Source: Thalia democratica (Eukaryota). From it: a stretch of DNA of 64,000 nucleotides. The stretch lies in the NCBI GenBank assembly GCA_965202585.1, contig CBDBBG010000067.1, positions 1-64,000 of the forward strand. Direction: 5' to 3'. This document shows positions 47,100 through 60,356 of the stretch, in pieces (position 1 is the stretch's first letter; the number at the start of each line of letters is the position of its first letter). Under the pieces are notes generated by a model, which worked only from the letters and a program-made list of their open reading frames with translations, was not told the DNA's origin and ran no database searches. Made by a program: the position numbers and the translations under genes.

Positions 47100-47879
47100 A
47101 GATTTATTATAGATTATTATCTTTAAAAAATTAAAAAACTTAAAATTATTTAGTGAATTATATTGCTGTAATTGAATATCAAATTTTAATTAACAATTAA
47201 TTTTAAACTCAGAAAGAAACATTTTATTGAGAATAGCTATCGCTATCTATTATATAAAGATAAGTGTGCATATATTTTACTTTCTAAATACTAGTTAAAA
47301 TATGTTATTTAAGAACTTGATAACAGCAACTTCGTCGAATTTTCACAAGTCGAATGTTTAGTGTTGTCAACGCAAGCTATACAAAATTATGCAAATTTTT
47401 TCAACATAAAATTGTATGATTCTATGCACATGCCTGTGGACCAAATTTTTTCCAAATAAAAGAGGATTAACTGTATGAATACATTGAAACATCACTTTTA
47501 AATGACTTGAAGCAACAAATAGCTTGTTTTTCAACATGTTTAAGTGAAAGAATTGTGAAAAACAAGCAAAAACTAAGAAAATTAGTGAAAATTCATTTTT
47601 TTGCACTTTTAAGTGGAAAATGCACTATAAAATGCTTAATAAAACAATTTTTGAACATTTAAATGAACTAAAAATACACAATTATTGCTCATGTTGGCCA
47701 TGGCCTGCTTTCTAGCATGTTTTTGGGTTTGGTTGAAAAATTGAAAATATCACGCTGACGTGCTAGTTTGACCATTTTTTAAACTGGCCCATCCAACCAG
47801 GCTGATTCTTAATAAAACTCTTTTAAACTGTTATTGTGTAAATTTTCAGTCAACCTTTCATTTTATAATTTCACAGTTT

Positions 47880-48572
47880 TTACAACTTCTTTGATTTTTC
47901 ATTTTCTGTCCGCATATCATCAAATTTCGGCTCCGATTTCTCAGTTTCAGGCTGTTCACTGCGCGATTCACCGCTGTGCTCGTCTCTAACGTGCTCTCCG
48001 TCTTTCACGTAGAATGTTGAATACCCGAAATCAATCAGGTAGATCGTGTTTTGATCGAATAATCCTGTCATGAGGTTCTCAGATTTGATGTCGTTGTGAA
48101 CGATGCCACAGCTGTGGACGTGATTCAGTATTTTCAACACTTGCAAGGCTACCTTCACCGTGGTCTTCAACGAAAACTTGTCCTTTCTCGTCTCTTCTCT
48201 TTTATCAAACAGGTCCTTTCCGAGTTTTTCAAAAACGAAACTCTGCCTTTCCTCATGAACAAAGCTCGGACCGATCTTTGGAATGCCGCGAACGTTTTCC
48301 TGTTGGAGAATTTTCAGGAACTCGTACTCCCGCAAAATGTATTTGTCTTTGCTTTCAGCTGATGAAGTCTTGACCACGACAGGTTTGTTTTTAAAAGTGG
48401 CGTTGTACACACAGCCGCACCCTCCTTCTTCTAACAACTCTTTCACTACTAAATCTTCTCTGTCAAACAAAATTGGTTTTTCCGATTCTTTTTCTGAATC
48501 TTCTTTCGACGTTTTGCTGGTTTCTTCGTCGGAGTTTCGTGGTGCTAAGTGTTTTTCATCGTTTTGAAACAT
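47880..48572 (-). CDS. Truncated CK1-like kinase, type B (230 aa)
   Basis: Protein identical to 37569-38261. Confidence 0.82.
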   Translation of the reverse strand: MFQNDEKHLAPRNSDEETSKTSKEDSEKESEKPILFDREDLVVKELLEEGGCGCVYNATFKNKPVVVKTSSAESKDKYILREYEFLKILQQENVRGIPKIGPSFVHEERQSFVFEKLGKDLFDKREETRKDKFSLKTTVKVALQVLKILNHVHSCGIVHNDIKSENLMTGLFDQNTIYLIDFGYSTFYVKDGEHVRDEHSGESRSEQPETEKSEPKFDDMRTENEKSKKL

Positions 48573-49352
48573 AGATTTATTATAGATTATTATCTTTAAA
48601 AAATTAAAAAACTTAAAATTATTTAGTGAATTATATTGCTGTAATTGAATATCAAATTTTAATTAACAATTAATTTTAAACTCAGAAAGAAACATTTTAT
48701 TGAGAATAGCTATCGCTATCTATTATATAAAGATAAGTGTGCATATATTTTACTTTCTAAATACTAGTTAAAATATGTTATTTAAGAACTTGATAACAGC
48801 AACTTCGTCGAATTTTCACAAGTCGAATGTTTAGTGTTGTCAACGCAAGCTATACAAAATTATGCAAATTTTTTCAACATAAAATTGTATGATTCTATGC
48901 ACATGCCTGTGGACCAAATTTTTTCCAAATAAAAGAGGATTAACTGTATGAATACATTGAAACATCACTTTTAAATGACTTGAAGCAACAAATAGCTTGT
49001 TTTTCAACATGTTTAAGTGAAAGAATTGTGAAAAACAAGCAAAAACTAAGAAAATTAGTGAAAATTCATTTTTTTGCACTTTTAAGTGGAAAATGCACTA
49101 TAAAATGCTTAATAAAACAATTTTTGAACATTTAAATGAACTAAAAATACACAATTATTGCTCATGTTGGCCATGGCCTGCTTTCTAGCATGTTTTTGGG
49201 TTTGGTTGAAAAATTGAAAATATCACGCTGACGTGCTAGTTTGACCATTTTTTAAACTGGCCCATCCAACCAGGCTGATTCTTAATAAAACTCTTTTAAA
49301 CTGTTATTGTGTAAATTTTCAGTCAACCTTTCATTTTATAATTTCACAGTTT

Positions 49353-50045
49353 TTACAACTTCTTTGATTTTTCATTTTCTGTCCGCATATCATCAAATTT
49401 CGGCTCCGATTTCTCAGTTTCAGGCTGTTCACTGCGCGATTCACCGCTGTGCTCGTCTCTAACGTGCTCTCCGTCTTTCACGTAGAATGTTGAATACCCG
49501 AAATCAATCAGGTAGATCGTGTTTTGATCGAATAATCCTGTCATGAGGTTCTCAGATTTGATGTCGTTGTGAACGATGCCACAGCTGTGGACGTGATTCA
49601 GTATTTTCAACACTTGCAAGGCTACCTTCACCGTGGTCTTCAACGAAAACTTGTCCTTTCTCGTCTCTTCTCTTTTATCAAACAGGTCCTTTCCGAGTTT
49701 TTCAAAAACGAAACTCTGCCTTTCCTCATGAACAAAGCTCGGACCGATCTTTGGAATGCCGCGAACGTTTTCCTGTTGGAGAATTTTCAGGAACTCGTAC
49801 TCCCGCAAAATGTATTTGTCTTTGCTTTCAGCTGATGAAGTCTTGACCACGACAGGTTTGTTTTTAAAAGTGGCGTTGTACACACAGCCGCACCCTCCTT
49901 CTTCTAACAACTCTTTCACTACTAAATCTTCTCTGTCAAACAAAATTGGTTTTTCCGATTCTTTTTCTGAATCTTCTTTCGACGTTTTGCTGGTTTCTTC
50001 GTCGGAGTTTCGTGGTGCTAAGTGTTTTTCATCGTTTTGAAACAT
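49353..50045 (-). CDS. Truncated CK1-like kinase, type B (230 aa)
   Basis: Protein identical to 37569-38261. Confidence 0.82.
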   Translation of the reverse strand: MFQNDEKHLAPRNSDEETSKTSKEDSEKESEKPILFDREDLVVKELLEEGGCGCVYNATFKNKPVVVKTSSAESKDKYILREYEFLKILQQENVRGIPKIGPSFVHEERQSFVFEKLGKDLFDKREETRKDKFSLKTTVKVALQVLKILNHVHSCGIVHNDIKSENLMTGLFDQNTIYLIDFGYSTFYVKDGEHVRDEHSGESRSEQPETEKSEPKFDDMRTENEKSKKL

Positions 50046-50825
50046 AGATTTATTATAGATTATTATCTTTAAAAAATTAAAAAACTTAAAATTATTTAGT
50101 GAATTATATTGCTGTAATTGAATATCAAATTTTAATTAACAATTAATTTTAAACTCAGAAAGAAACATTTTATTGAGAATAGCTATCGCTATCTATTATA
50201 TAAAGATAAGTGTGCATATATTTTACTTTCTAAATACTAGTTAAAATATGTTATTTAAGAACTTGATAACAGCAACTTCGTCGAATTTTCACAAGTCGAA
50301 TGTTTAGTGTTGTCAACGCAAGCTATACAAAATTATGCAAATTTTTTCAACATAAAATTGTATGATTCTATGCACATGCCTGTGGACCAAATTTTTTCCA
50401 AATAAAAGAGGATTAACTGTATGAATACATTGAAACATCACTTTTAAATGACTTGAAGCAACAAATAGCTTGTTTTTCAACATGTTTAAGTGAAAGAATT
50501 GTGAAAAACAAGCAAAAACTAAGAAAATTAGTGAAAATTCATTTTTTTGCACTTTTAAGTGGAAAATGCACTATAAAATGCTTAATAAAACAATTTTTGA
50601 ACATTTAAATGAACTAAAAATACACAATTATTGCTCATGTTGGCCATGGCCTGCTTTCTAGCATGTTTTTGGGTTTGGTTGAAAAATTGAAAATATCACG
50701 CTGACGTGCTAGTTTGACCATTTTTTAAACTGGCCCATCCAACCAGGCTGATTCTTAATAAAACTCTTTTAAACTGTTATTGTGTAAATTTTCAGTCAAC
50801 CTTTCATTTTATAATTTCACAGTTT

Positions 50826-51518
50826 TTACAACTTCTTTGATTTTTCATTTTCTGTCCGCATATCATCAAATTTCGGCTCCGATTTCTCAGTTTCAGGCTG
50901 TTCACTGCGCGATTCACCGCTGTGCTCGTCTCTAACGTGCTCTCCGTCTTTCACGTAGAATGTTGAATACCCGAAATCAATCAGGTAGATCGTGTTTTGA
51001 TCGAATAATCCTGTCATGAGGTTCTCAGATTTGATGTCGTTGTGAACGATGCCACAGCTGTGGACGTGATTCAGTATTTTCAACACTTGCAAGGCTACCT
51101 TCACCGTGGTCTTCAACGAAAACTTGTCCTTTCTCGTCTCTTCTCTTTTATCAAACAGGTCCTTTCCGAGTTTTTCAAAAACGAAACTCTGCCTTTCCTC
51201 ATGAACAAAGCTCGGACCGATCTTTGGAATGCCGCGAACGTTTTCCTGTTGGAGAATTTTCAGGAACTCGTACTCCCGCAAAATGTATTTGTCTTTGCTT
51301 TCAGCTGATGAAGTCTTGACCACGACAGGTTTGTTTTTAAAAGTGGCGTTGTACACACAGCCGCACCCTCCTTCTTCTAACAACTCTTTCACTACTAAAT
51401 CTTCTCTGTCAAACAAAATTGGTTTTTCCGATTCTTTTTCTGAATCTTCTTTCGACGTTTTGCTGGTTTCTTCGTCGGAGTTTCGTGGTGCTAAGTGTTT
51501 TTCATCGTTTTGAAACAT
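50826..51518 (-). CDS. Truncated CK1-like kinase, type B (230 aa)
   Basis: Protein identical to 37569-38261. Confidence 0.82.
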   Translation of the reverse strand: MFQNDEKHLAPRNSDEETSKTSKEDSEKESEKPILFDREDLVVKELLEEGGCGCVYNATFKNKPVVVKTSSAESKDKYILREYEFLKILQQENVRGIPKIGPSFVHEERQSFVFEKLGKDLFDKREETRKDKFSLKTTVKVALQVLKILNHVHSCGIVHNDIKSENLMTGLFDQNTIYLIDFGYSTFYVKDGEHVRDEHSGESRSEQPETEKSEPKFDDMRTENEKSKKL

Positions 51519-52298
51519 AGATTTATTATAGATTATTATCTTTAAAAAATTAAAAAACTTAAAATTATTTAGTGAATTATATTGCTGTAATTGAATATCA
51601 AATTTTAATTAACAATTAATTTTAAACTCAGAAAGAAACATTTTATTGAGAATAGCTATCGCTATCTATTATATAAAGATAAGTGTGCATATATTTTACT
51701 TTCTAAATACTAGTTAAAATATGTTATTTAAGAACTTGATAACAGCAACTTCGTCGAATTTTCACAAGTCGAATGTTTAGTGTTGTCAACGCAAGCTATA
51801 CAAAATTATGCAAATTTTTTCAACATAAAATTGTATGATTCTATGCACATGCCTGTGGACCAAATTTTTTCCAAATAAAAGAGGATTAACTGTATGAATA
51901 CATTGAAACATCACTTTTAAATGACTTGAAGCAACAAATAGCTTGTTTTTCAACATGTTTAAGTGAAAGAATTGTGAAAAACAAGCAAAAACTAAGAAAA
52001 TTAGTGAAAATTCATTTTTTTGCACTTTTAAGTGGAAAATGCACTATAAAATGCTTAATAAAACAATTTTTGAACATTTAAATGAACTAAAAATACACAA
52101 TTATTGCTCATGTTGGCCATGGCCTGCTTTCTAGCATGTTTTTGGGTTTGGTTGAAAAATTGAAAATATCACGCTGACGTGCTAGTTTGACCATTTTTTA
52201 AACTGGCCCATCCAACCAGGCTGATTCTTAATAAAACTCTTTTAAACTGTTATTGTGTAAATTTTCAGTCAACCTTTCATTTTATAATTTCACAGTTT

Positions 52299-52991
52299 TT
52301 ACAACTTCTTTGATTTTTCATTTTCTGTCCGCATATCATCAAATTTCGGCTCCGATTTCTCAGTTTCAGGCTGTTCACTGCGCGATTCACCGCTGTGCTC
52401 GTCTCTAACGTGCTCTCCGTCTTTCACGTAGAATGTTGAATACCCGAAATCAATCAGGTAGATCGTGTTTTGATCGAATAATCCTGTCATGAGGTTCTCA
52501 GATTTGATGTCGTTGTGAACGATGCCACAGCTGTGGACGTGATTCAGTATTTTCAACACTTGCAAGGCTACCTTCACCGTGGTCTTCAACGAAAACTTGT
52601 CCTTTCTCGTCTCTTCTCTTTTATCAAACAGGTCCTTTCCGAGTTTTTCAAAAACGAAACTCTGCCTTTCCTCATGAACAAAGCTCGGACCGATCTTTGG
52701 AATGCCGCGAACGTTTTCCTGTTGGAGAATTTTCAGGAACTCGTACTCCCGCAAAATGTATTTGTCTTTGCTTTCAGCTGATGAAGTCTTGACCACGACA
52801 GGTTTGTTTTTAAAAGTGGCGTTGTACACACAGCCGCACCCTCCTTCTTCTAACAACTCTTTCACTACTAAATCTTCTCTGTCAAACAAAATTGGTTTTT
52901 CCGATTCTTTTTCTGAATCTTCTTTCGACGTTTTGCTGGTTTCTTCGTCGGAGTTTCGTGGTGCTAAGTGTTTTTCATCGTTTTGAAACAT
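52299..52991 (-). CDS. Truncated CK1-like kinase, type B (230 aa)
   Basis: Protein identical to 37569-38261. Confidence 0.82.
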   Translation of the reverse strand: MFQNDEKHLAPRNSDEETSKTSKEDSEKESEKPILFDREDLVVKELLEEGGCGCVYNATFKNKPVVVKTSSAESKDKYILREYEFLKILQQENVRGIPKIGPSFVHEERQSFVFEKLGKDLFDKREETRKDKFSLKTTVKVALQVLKILNHVHSCGIVHNDIKSENLMTGLFDQNTIYLIDFGYSTFYVKDGEHVRDEHSGESRSEQPETEKSEPKFDDMRTENEKSKKL

Positions 52992-53771
52992 AGATTTATT
53001 ATAGATTATTATCTTTAAAAAATTAAAAAACTTAAAATTATTTAGTGAATTATATTGCTGTAATTGAATATCAAATTTTAATTAACAATTAATTTTAAAC
53101 TCAGAAAGAAACATTTTATTGAGAATAGCTATCGCTATCTATTATATAAAGATAAGTGTGCATATATTTTACTTTCTAAATACTAGTTAAAATATGTTAT
53201 TTAAGAACTTGATAACAGCAACTTCGTCGAATTTTCACAAGTCGAATGTTTAGTGTTGTCAACGCAAGCTATACAAAATTATGCAAATTTTTTCAACATA
53301 AAATTGTATGATTCTATGCACATGCCTGTGGACCAAATTTTTTCCAAATAAAAGAGGATTAACTGTATGAATACATTGAAACATCACTTTTAAATGACTT
53401 GAAGCAACAAATAGCTTGTTTTTCAACATGTTTAAGTGAAAGAATTGTGAAAAACAAGCAAAAACTAAGAAAATTAGTGAAAATTCATTTTTTTGCACTT
53501 TTAAGTGGAAAATGCACTATAAAATGCTTAATAAAACAATTTTTGAACATTTAAATGAACTAAAAATACACAATTATTGCTCATGTTGGCCATGGCCTGC
53601 TTTCTAGCATGTTTTTGGGTTTGGTTGAAAAATTGAAAATATCACGCTGACGTGCTAGTTTGACCATTTTTTAAACTGGCCCATCCAACCAGGCTGATTC
53701 TTAATAAAACTCTTTTAAACTGTTATTGTGTAAATTTTCAGTCAACCTTTCATTTTATAATTTCACAGTTT

Positions 53772-54464
53772 TTACAACTTCTTTGATTTTTCATTTTCTG
53801 TCCGCATATCATCAAATTTCGGCTCCGATTTCTCAGTTTCAGGCTGTTCACTGCGCGATTCACCGCTGTGCTCGTCTCTAACGTGCTCTCCGTCTTTCAC
53901 GTAGAATGTTGAATACCCGAAATCAATCAGGTAGATCGTGTTTTGATCGAATAATCCTGTCATGAGGTTCTCAGATTTGATGTCGTTGTGAACGATGCCA
54001 CAGCTGTGGACGTGATTCAGTATTTTCAACACTTGCAAGGCTACCTTCACCGTGGTCTTCAACGAAAACTTGTCCTTTCTCGTCTCTTCTCTTTTATCAA
54101 ACAGGTCCTTTCCGAGTTTTTCAAAAACGAAACTCTGCCTTTCCTCATGAACAAAGCTCGGACCGATCTTTGGAATGCCGCGAACGTTTTCCTGTTGGAG
54201 AATTTTCAGGAACTCGTACTCCCGCAAAATGTATTTGTCTTTGCTTTCAGCTGATGAAGTCTTGACCACGACAGGTTTGTTTTTAAAAGTGGCGTTGTAC
54301 ACACAGCCGCACCCTCCTTCTTCTAACAACTCTTTCACTACTAAATCTTCTCTGTCAAACAAAATTGGTTTTTCCGATTCTTTTTCTGAATCTTCTTTCG
54401 ACGTTTTGCTGGTTTCTTCGTCGGAGTTTCGTGGTGCTAAGTGTTTTTCATCGTTTTGAAACAT
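53772..54464 (-). CDS. Truncated CK1-like kinase, type B (230 aa)
   Basis: Protein identical to 37569-38261. Confidence 0.82.
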   Translation of the reverse strand: MFQNDEKHLAPRNSDEETSKTSKEDSEKESEKPILFDREDLVVKELLEEGGCGCVYNATFKNKPVVVKTSSAESKDKYILREYEFLKILQQENVRGIPKIGPSFVHEERQSFVFEKLGKDLFDKREETRKDKFSLKTTVKVALQVLKILNHVHSCGIVHNDIKSENLMTGLFDQNTIYLIDFGYSTFYVKDGEHVRDEHSGESRSEQPETEKSEPKFDDMRTENEKSKKL

Positions 54465-55244
54465 AGATTTATTATAGATTATTATCTTTAAAAAATTAAA
54501 AAACTTAAAATTATTTAGTGAATTATATTGCTGTAATTGAATATCAAATTTTAATTAACAATTAATTTTAAACTCAGAAAGAAACATTTTATTGAGAATA
54601 GCTATCGCTATCTATTATATAAAGATAAGTGTGCATATATTTTACTTTCTAAATACTAGTTAAAATATGTTATTTAAGAACTTGATAACAGCAACTTCGT
54701 CGAATTTTCACAAGTCGAATGTTTAGTGTTGTCAACGCAAGCTATACAAAATTATGCAAATTTTTTCAACATAAAATTGTATGATTCTATGCACATGCCT
54801 GTGGACCAAATTTTTTCCAAATAAAAGAGGATTAACTGTATGAATACATTGAAACATCACTTTTAAATGACTTGAAGCAACAAATAGCTTGTTTTTCAAC
54901 ATGTTTAAGTGAAAGAATTGTGAAAAACAAGCAAAAACTAAGAAAATTAGTGAAAATTCATTTTTTTGCACTTTTAAGTGGAAAATGCACTATAAAATGC
55001 TTAATAAAACAATTTTTGAACATTTAAATGAACTAAAAATACACAATTATTGCTCATGTTGGCCATGGCCTGCTTTCTAGCATGTTTTTGGGTTTGGTTG
55101 AAAAATTGAAAATATCACGCTGACGTGCTAGTTTGACCATTTTTTAAACTGGCCCATCCAACCAGGCTGATTCTTAATAAAACTCTTTTAAACTGTTATT
55201 GTGTAAATTTTCAGTCAACCTTTCATTTTATAATTTCACAGTTT

Positions 55245-55937
55245 TTACAACTTCTTTGATTTTTCATTTTCTGTCCGCATATCATCAAATTTCGGCTCCG
55301 ATTTCTCAGTTTCAGGCTGTTCACTGCGCGATTCACCGCTGTGCTCGTCTCTAACGTGCTCTCCGTCTTTCACGTAGAATGTTGAATACCCGAAATCAAT
55401 CAGGTAGATCGTGTTTTGATCGAATAATCCTGTCATGAGGTTCTCAGATTTGATGTCGTTGTGAACGATGCCACAGCTGTGGACGTGATTCAGTATTTTC
55501 AACACTTGCAAGGCTACCTTCACCGTGGTCTTCAACGAAAACTTGTCCTTTCTCGTCTCTTCTCTTTTATCAAACAGGTCCTTTCCGAGTTTTTCAAAAA
55601 CGAAACTCTGCCTTTCCTCATGAACAAAGCTCGGACCGATCTTTGGAATGCCGCGAACGTTTTCCTGTTGGAGAATTTTCAGGAACTCGTACTCCCGCAA
55701 AATGTATTTGTCTTTGCTTTCAGCTGATGAAGTCTTGACCACGACAGGTTTGTTTTTAAAAGTGGCGTTGTACACACAGCCGCACCCTCCTTCTTCTAAC
55801 AACTCTTTCACTACTAAATCTTCTCTGTCAAACAAAATTGGTTTTTCCGATTCTTTTTCTGAATCTTCTTTCGACGTTTTGCTGGTTTCTTCGTCGGAGT
55901 TTCGTGGTGCTAAGTGTTTTTCATCGTTTTGAAACAT
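55245..55937 (-). CDS. Truncated CK1-like kinase, type B (230 aa)
   Basis: Protein identical to 37569-38261. Confidence 0.82.
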   Translation of the reverse strand: MFQNDEKHLAPRNSDEETSKTSKEDSEKESEKPILFDREDLVVKELLEEGGCGCVYNATFKNKPVVVKTSSAESKDKYILREYEFLKILQQENVRGIPKIGPSFVHEERQSFVFEKLGKDLFDKREETRKDKFSLKTTVKVALQVLKILNHVHSCGIVHNDIKSENLMTGLFDQNTIYLIDFGYSTFYVKDGEHVRDEHSGESRSEQPETEKSEPKFDDMRTENEKSKKL

Positions 55938-56717
55938 AGATTTATTATAGATTATTATCTTTAAAAAATTAAAAAACTTAAAATTATTTAGTGAATTATA
56001 TTGCTGTAATTGAATATCAAATTTTAATTAACAATTAATTTTAAACTCAGAAAGAAACATTTTATTGAGAATAGCTATCGCTATCTATTATATAAAGATA
56101 AGTGTGCATATATTTTACTTTCTAAATACTAGTTAAAATATGTTATTTAAGAACTTGATAACAGCAACTTCGTCGAATTTTCACAAGTCGAATGTTTAGT
56201 GTTGTCAACGCAAGCTATACAAAATTATGCAAATTTTTTCAACATAAAATTGTATGATTCTATGCACATGCCTGTGGACCAAATTTTTTCCAAATAAAAG
56301 AGGATTAACTGTATGAATACATTGAAACATCACTTTTAAATGACTTGAAGCAACAAATAGCTTGTTTTTCAACATGTTTAAGTGAAAGAATTGTGAAAAA
56401 CAAGCAAAAACTAAGAAAATTAGTGAAAATTCATTTTTTTGCACTTTTAAGTGGAAAATGCACTATAAAATGCTTAATAAAACAATTTTTGAACATTTAA
56501 ATGAACTAAAAATACACAATTATTGCTCATGTTGGCCATGGCCTGCTTTCTAGCATGTTTTTGGGTTTGGTTGAAAAATTGAAAATATCACGCTGACGTG
56601 CTAGTTTGACCATTTTTTAAACTGGCCCATCCAACCAGGCTGATTCTTAATAAAACTCTTTTAAACTGTTATTGTGTAAATTTTCAGTCAACCTTTCATT
56701 TTATAATTTCACAGTTT

Positions 56718-57410
56718 TTACAACTTCTTTGATTTTTCATTTTCTGTCCGCATATCATCAAATTTCGGCTCCGATTTCTCAGTTTCAGGCTGTTCACTGC
56801 GCGATTCACCGCTGTGCTCGTCTCTAACGTGCTCTCCGTCTTTCACGTAGAATGTTGAATACCCGAAATCAATCAGGTAGATCGTGTTTTGATCGAATAA
56901 TCCTGTCATGAGGTTCTCAGATTTGATGTCGTTGTGAACGATGCCACAGCTGTGGACGTGATTCAGTATTTTCAACACTTGCAAGGCTACCTTCACCGTG
57001 GTCTTCAACGAAAACTTGTCCTTTCTCGTCTCTTCTCTTTTATCAAACAGGTCCTTTCCGAGTTTTTCAAAAACGAAACTCTGCCTTTCCTCATGAACAA
57101 AGCTCGGACCGATCTTTGGAATGCCGCGAACGTTTTCCTGTTGGAGAATTTTCAGGAACTCGTACTCCCGCAAAATGTATTTGTCTTTGCTTTCAGCTGA
57201 TGAAGTCTTGACCACGACAGGTTTGTTTTTAAAAGTGGCGTTGTACACACAGCCGCACCCTCCTTCTTCTAACAACTCTTTCACTACTAAATCTTCTCTG
57301 TCAAACAAAATTGGTTTTTCCGATTCTTTTTCTGAATCTTCTTTCGACGTTTTGCTGGTTTCTTCGTCGGAGTTTCGTGGTGCTAAGTGTTTTTCATCGT
57401 TTTGAAACAT
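56718..57410 (-). CDS. Truncated CK1-like kinase, type B (230 aa)
   Basis: Protein identical to 37569-38261. Confidence 0.82.
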   Translation of the reverse strand: MFQNDEKHLAPRNSDEETSKTSKEDSEKESEKPILFDREDLVVKELLEEGGCGCVYNATFKNKPVVVKTSSAESKDKYILREYEFLKILQQENVRGIPKIGPSFVHEERQSFVFEKLGKDLFDKREETRKDKFSLKTTVKVALQVLKILNHVHSCGIVHNDIKSENLMTGLFDQNTIYLIDFGYSTFYVKDGEHVRDEHSGESRSEQPETEKSEPKFDDMRTENEKSKKL

Positions 57411-58190
57411 AGATTTATTATAGATTATTATCTTTAAAAAATTAAAAAACTTAAAATTATTTAGTGAATTATATTGCTGTAATTGAATATCAAATTTTAA
57501 TTAACAATTAATTTTAAACTCAGAAAGAAACATTTTATTGAGAATAGCTATCGCTATCTATTATATAAAGATAAGTGTGCATATATTTTACTTTCTAAAT
57601 ACTAGTTAAAATATGTTATTTAAGAACTTGATAACAGCAACTTCGTCGAATTTTCACAAGTCGAATGTTTAGTGTTGTCAACGCAAGCTATACAAAATTA
57701 TGCAAATTTTTTCAACATAAAATTGTATGATTCTATGCACATGCCTGTGGACCAAATTTTTTCCAAATAAAAGAGGATTAACTGTATGAATACATTGAAA
57801 CATCACTTTTAAATGACTTGAAGCAACAAATAGCTTGTTTTTCAACATGTTTAAGTGAAAGAATTGTGAAAAACAAGCAAAAACTAAGAAAATTAGTGAA
57901 AATTCATTTTTTTGCACTTTTAAGTGGAAAATGCACTATAAAATGCTTAATAAAACAATTTTTGAACATTTAAATGAACTAAAAATACACAATTATTGCT
58001 CATGTTGGCCATGGCCTGCTTTCTAGCATGTTTTTGGGTTTGGTTGAAAAATTGAAAATATCACGCTGACGTGCTAGTTTGACCATTTTTTAAACTGGCC
58101 CATCCAACCAGGCTGATTCTTAATAAAACTCTTTTAAACTGTTATTGTGTAAATTTTCAGTCAACCTTTCATTTTATAATTTCACAGTTT

Positions 58191-58883
58191 TTACAACTTC
58201 TTTGATTTTTCATTTTCTGTCCGCATATCATCAAATTTCGGCTCCGATTTCTCAGTTTCAGGCTGTTCACTGCGCGATTCACCGCTGTGCTCGTCTCTAA
58301 CGTGCTCTCCGTCTTTCACGTAGAATGTTGAATACCCGAAATCAATCAGGTAGATCGTGTTTTGATCGAATAATCCTGTCATGAGGTTCTCAGATTTGAT
58401 GTCGTTGTGAACGATGCCACAGCTGTGGACGTGATTCAGTATTTTCAACACTTGCAAGGCTACCTTCACCGTGGTCTTCAACGAAAACTTGTCCTTTCTC
58501 GTCTCTTCTCTTTTATCAAACAGGTCCTTTCCGAGTTTTTCAAAAACGAAACTCTGCCTTTCCTCATGAACAAAGCTCGGACCGATCTTTGGAATGCCGC
58601 GAACGTTTTCCTGTTGGAGAATTTTCAGGAACTCGTACTCCCGCAAAATGTATTTGTCTTTGCTTTCAGCTGATGAAGTCTTGACCACGACAGGTTTGTT
58701 TTTAAAAGTGGCGTTGTACACACAGCCGCACCCTCCTTCTTCTAACAACTCTTTCACTACTAAATCTTCTCTGTCAAACAAAATTGGTTTTTCCGATTCT
58801 TTTTCTGAATCTTCTTTCGACGTTTTGCTGGTTTCTTCGTCGGAGTTTCGTGGTGCTAAGTGTTTTTCATCGTTTTGAAACAT
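58191..58883 (-). CDS. Truncated CK1-like kinase, type B (230 aa)
   Basis: Protein identical to 37569-38261. Confidence 0.82.
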   Translation of the reverse strand: MFQNDEKHLAPRNSDEETSKTSKEDSEKESEKPILFDREDLVVKELLEEGGCGCVYNATFKNKPVVVKTSSAESKDKYILREYEFLKILQQENVRGIPKIGPSFVHEERQSFVFEKLGKDLFDKREETRKDKFSLKTTVKVALQVLKILNHVHSCGIVHNDIKSENLMTGLFDQNTIYLIDFGYSTFYVKDGEHVRDEHSGESRSEQPETEKSEPKFDDMRTENEKSKKL

Positions 58884-59663
58884 AGATTTATTATAGATTA
58901 TTATCTTTAAAAAATTAAAAAACTTAAAATTATTTAGTGAATTATATTGCTGTAATTGAATATCAAATTTTAATTAACAATTAATTTTAAACTCAGAAAG
59001 AAACATTTTATTGAGAATAGCTATCGCTATCTATTATATAAAGATAAGTGTGCATATATTTTACTTTCTAAATACTAGTTAAAATATGTTATTTAAGAAC
59101 TTGATAACAGCAACTTCGTCGAATTTTCACAAGTCGAATGTTTAGTGTTGTCAACGCAAGCTATACAAAATTATGCAAATTTTTTCAACATAAAATTGTA
59201 TGATTCTATGCACATGCCTGTGGACCAAATTTTTTCCAAATAAAAGAGGATTAACTGTATGAATACATTGAAACATCACTTTTAAATGACTTGAAGCAAC
59301 AAATAGCTTGTTTTTCAACATGTTTAAGTGAAAGAATTGTGAAAAACAAGCAAAAACTAAGAAAATTAGTGAAAATTCATTTTTTTGCACTTTTAAGTGG
59401 AAAATGCACTATAAAATGCTTAATAAAACAATTTTTGAACATTTAAATGAACTAAAAATACACAATTATTGCTCATGTTGGCCATGGCCTGCTTTCTAGC
59501 ATGTTTTTGGGTTTGGTTGAAAAATTGAAAATATCACGCTGACGTGCTAGTTTGACCATTTTTTAAACTGGCCCATCCAACCAGGCTGATTCTTAATAAA
59601 ACTCTTTTAAACTGTTATTGTGTAAATTTTCAGTCAACCTTTCATTTTATAATTTCACAGTTT

Positions 59664-60356
59664 TTACAACTTCTTTGATTTTTCATTTTCTGTCCGCATA
59701 TCATCAAATTTCGGCTCCGATTTCTCAGTTTCAGGCTGTTCACTGCGCGATTCACCGCTGTGCTCGTCTCTAACGTGCTCTCCGTCTTTCACGTAGAATG
59801 TTGAATACCCGAAATCAATCAGGTAGATCGTGTTTTGATCGAATAATCCTGTCATGAGGTTCTCAGATTTGATGTCGTTGTGAACGATGCCACAGCTGTG
59901 GACGTGATTCAGTATTTTCAACACTTGCAAGGCTACCTTCACCGTGGTCTTCAACGAAAACTTGTCCTTTCTCGTCTCTTCTCTTTTATCAAACAGGTCC
60001 TTTCCGAGTTTTTCAAAAACGAAACTCTGCCTTTCCTCATGAACAAAGCTCGGACCGATCTTTGGAATGCCGCGAACGTTTTCCTGTTGGAGAATTTTCA
60101 GGAACTCGTACTCCCGCAAAATGTATTTGTCTTTGCTTTCAGCTGATGAAGTCTTGACCACGACAGGTTTGTTTTTAAAAGTGGCGTTGTACACACAGCC
60201 GCACCCTCCTTCTTCTAACAACTCTTTCACTACTAAATCTTCTCTGTCAAACAAAATTGGTTTTTCCGATTCTTTTTCTGAATCTTCTTTCGACGTTTTG
60301 CTGGTTTCTTCGTCGGAGTTTCGTGGTGCTAAGTGTTTTTCATCGTTTTGAAACAT
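59664..60356 (-). CDS. Truncated CK1-like kinase, type B (230 aa)
   Basis: Protein identical to 37569-38261. Confidence 0.82.
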   Translation of the reverse strand: MFQNDEKHLAPRNSDEETSKTSKEDSEKESEKPILFDREDLVVKELLEEGGCGCVYNATFKNKPVVVKTSSAESKDKYILREYEFLKILQQENVRGIPKIGPSFVHEERQSFVFEKLGKDLFDKREETRKDKFSLKTTVKVALQVLKILNHVHSCGIVHNDIKSENLMTGLFDQNTIYLIDFGYSTFYVKDGEHVRDEHSGESRSEQPETEKSEPKFDDMRTENEKSKKL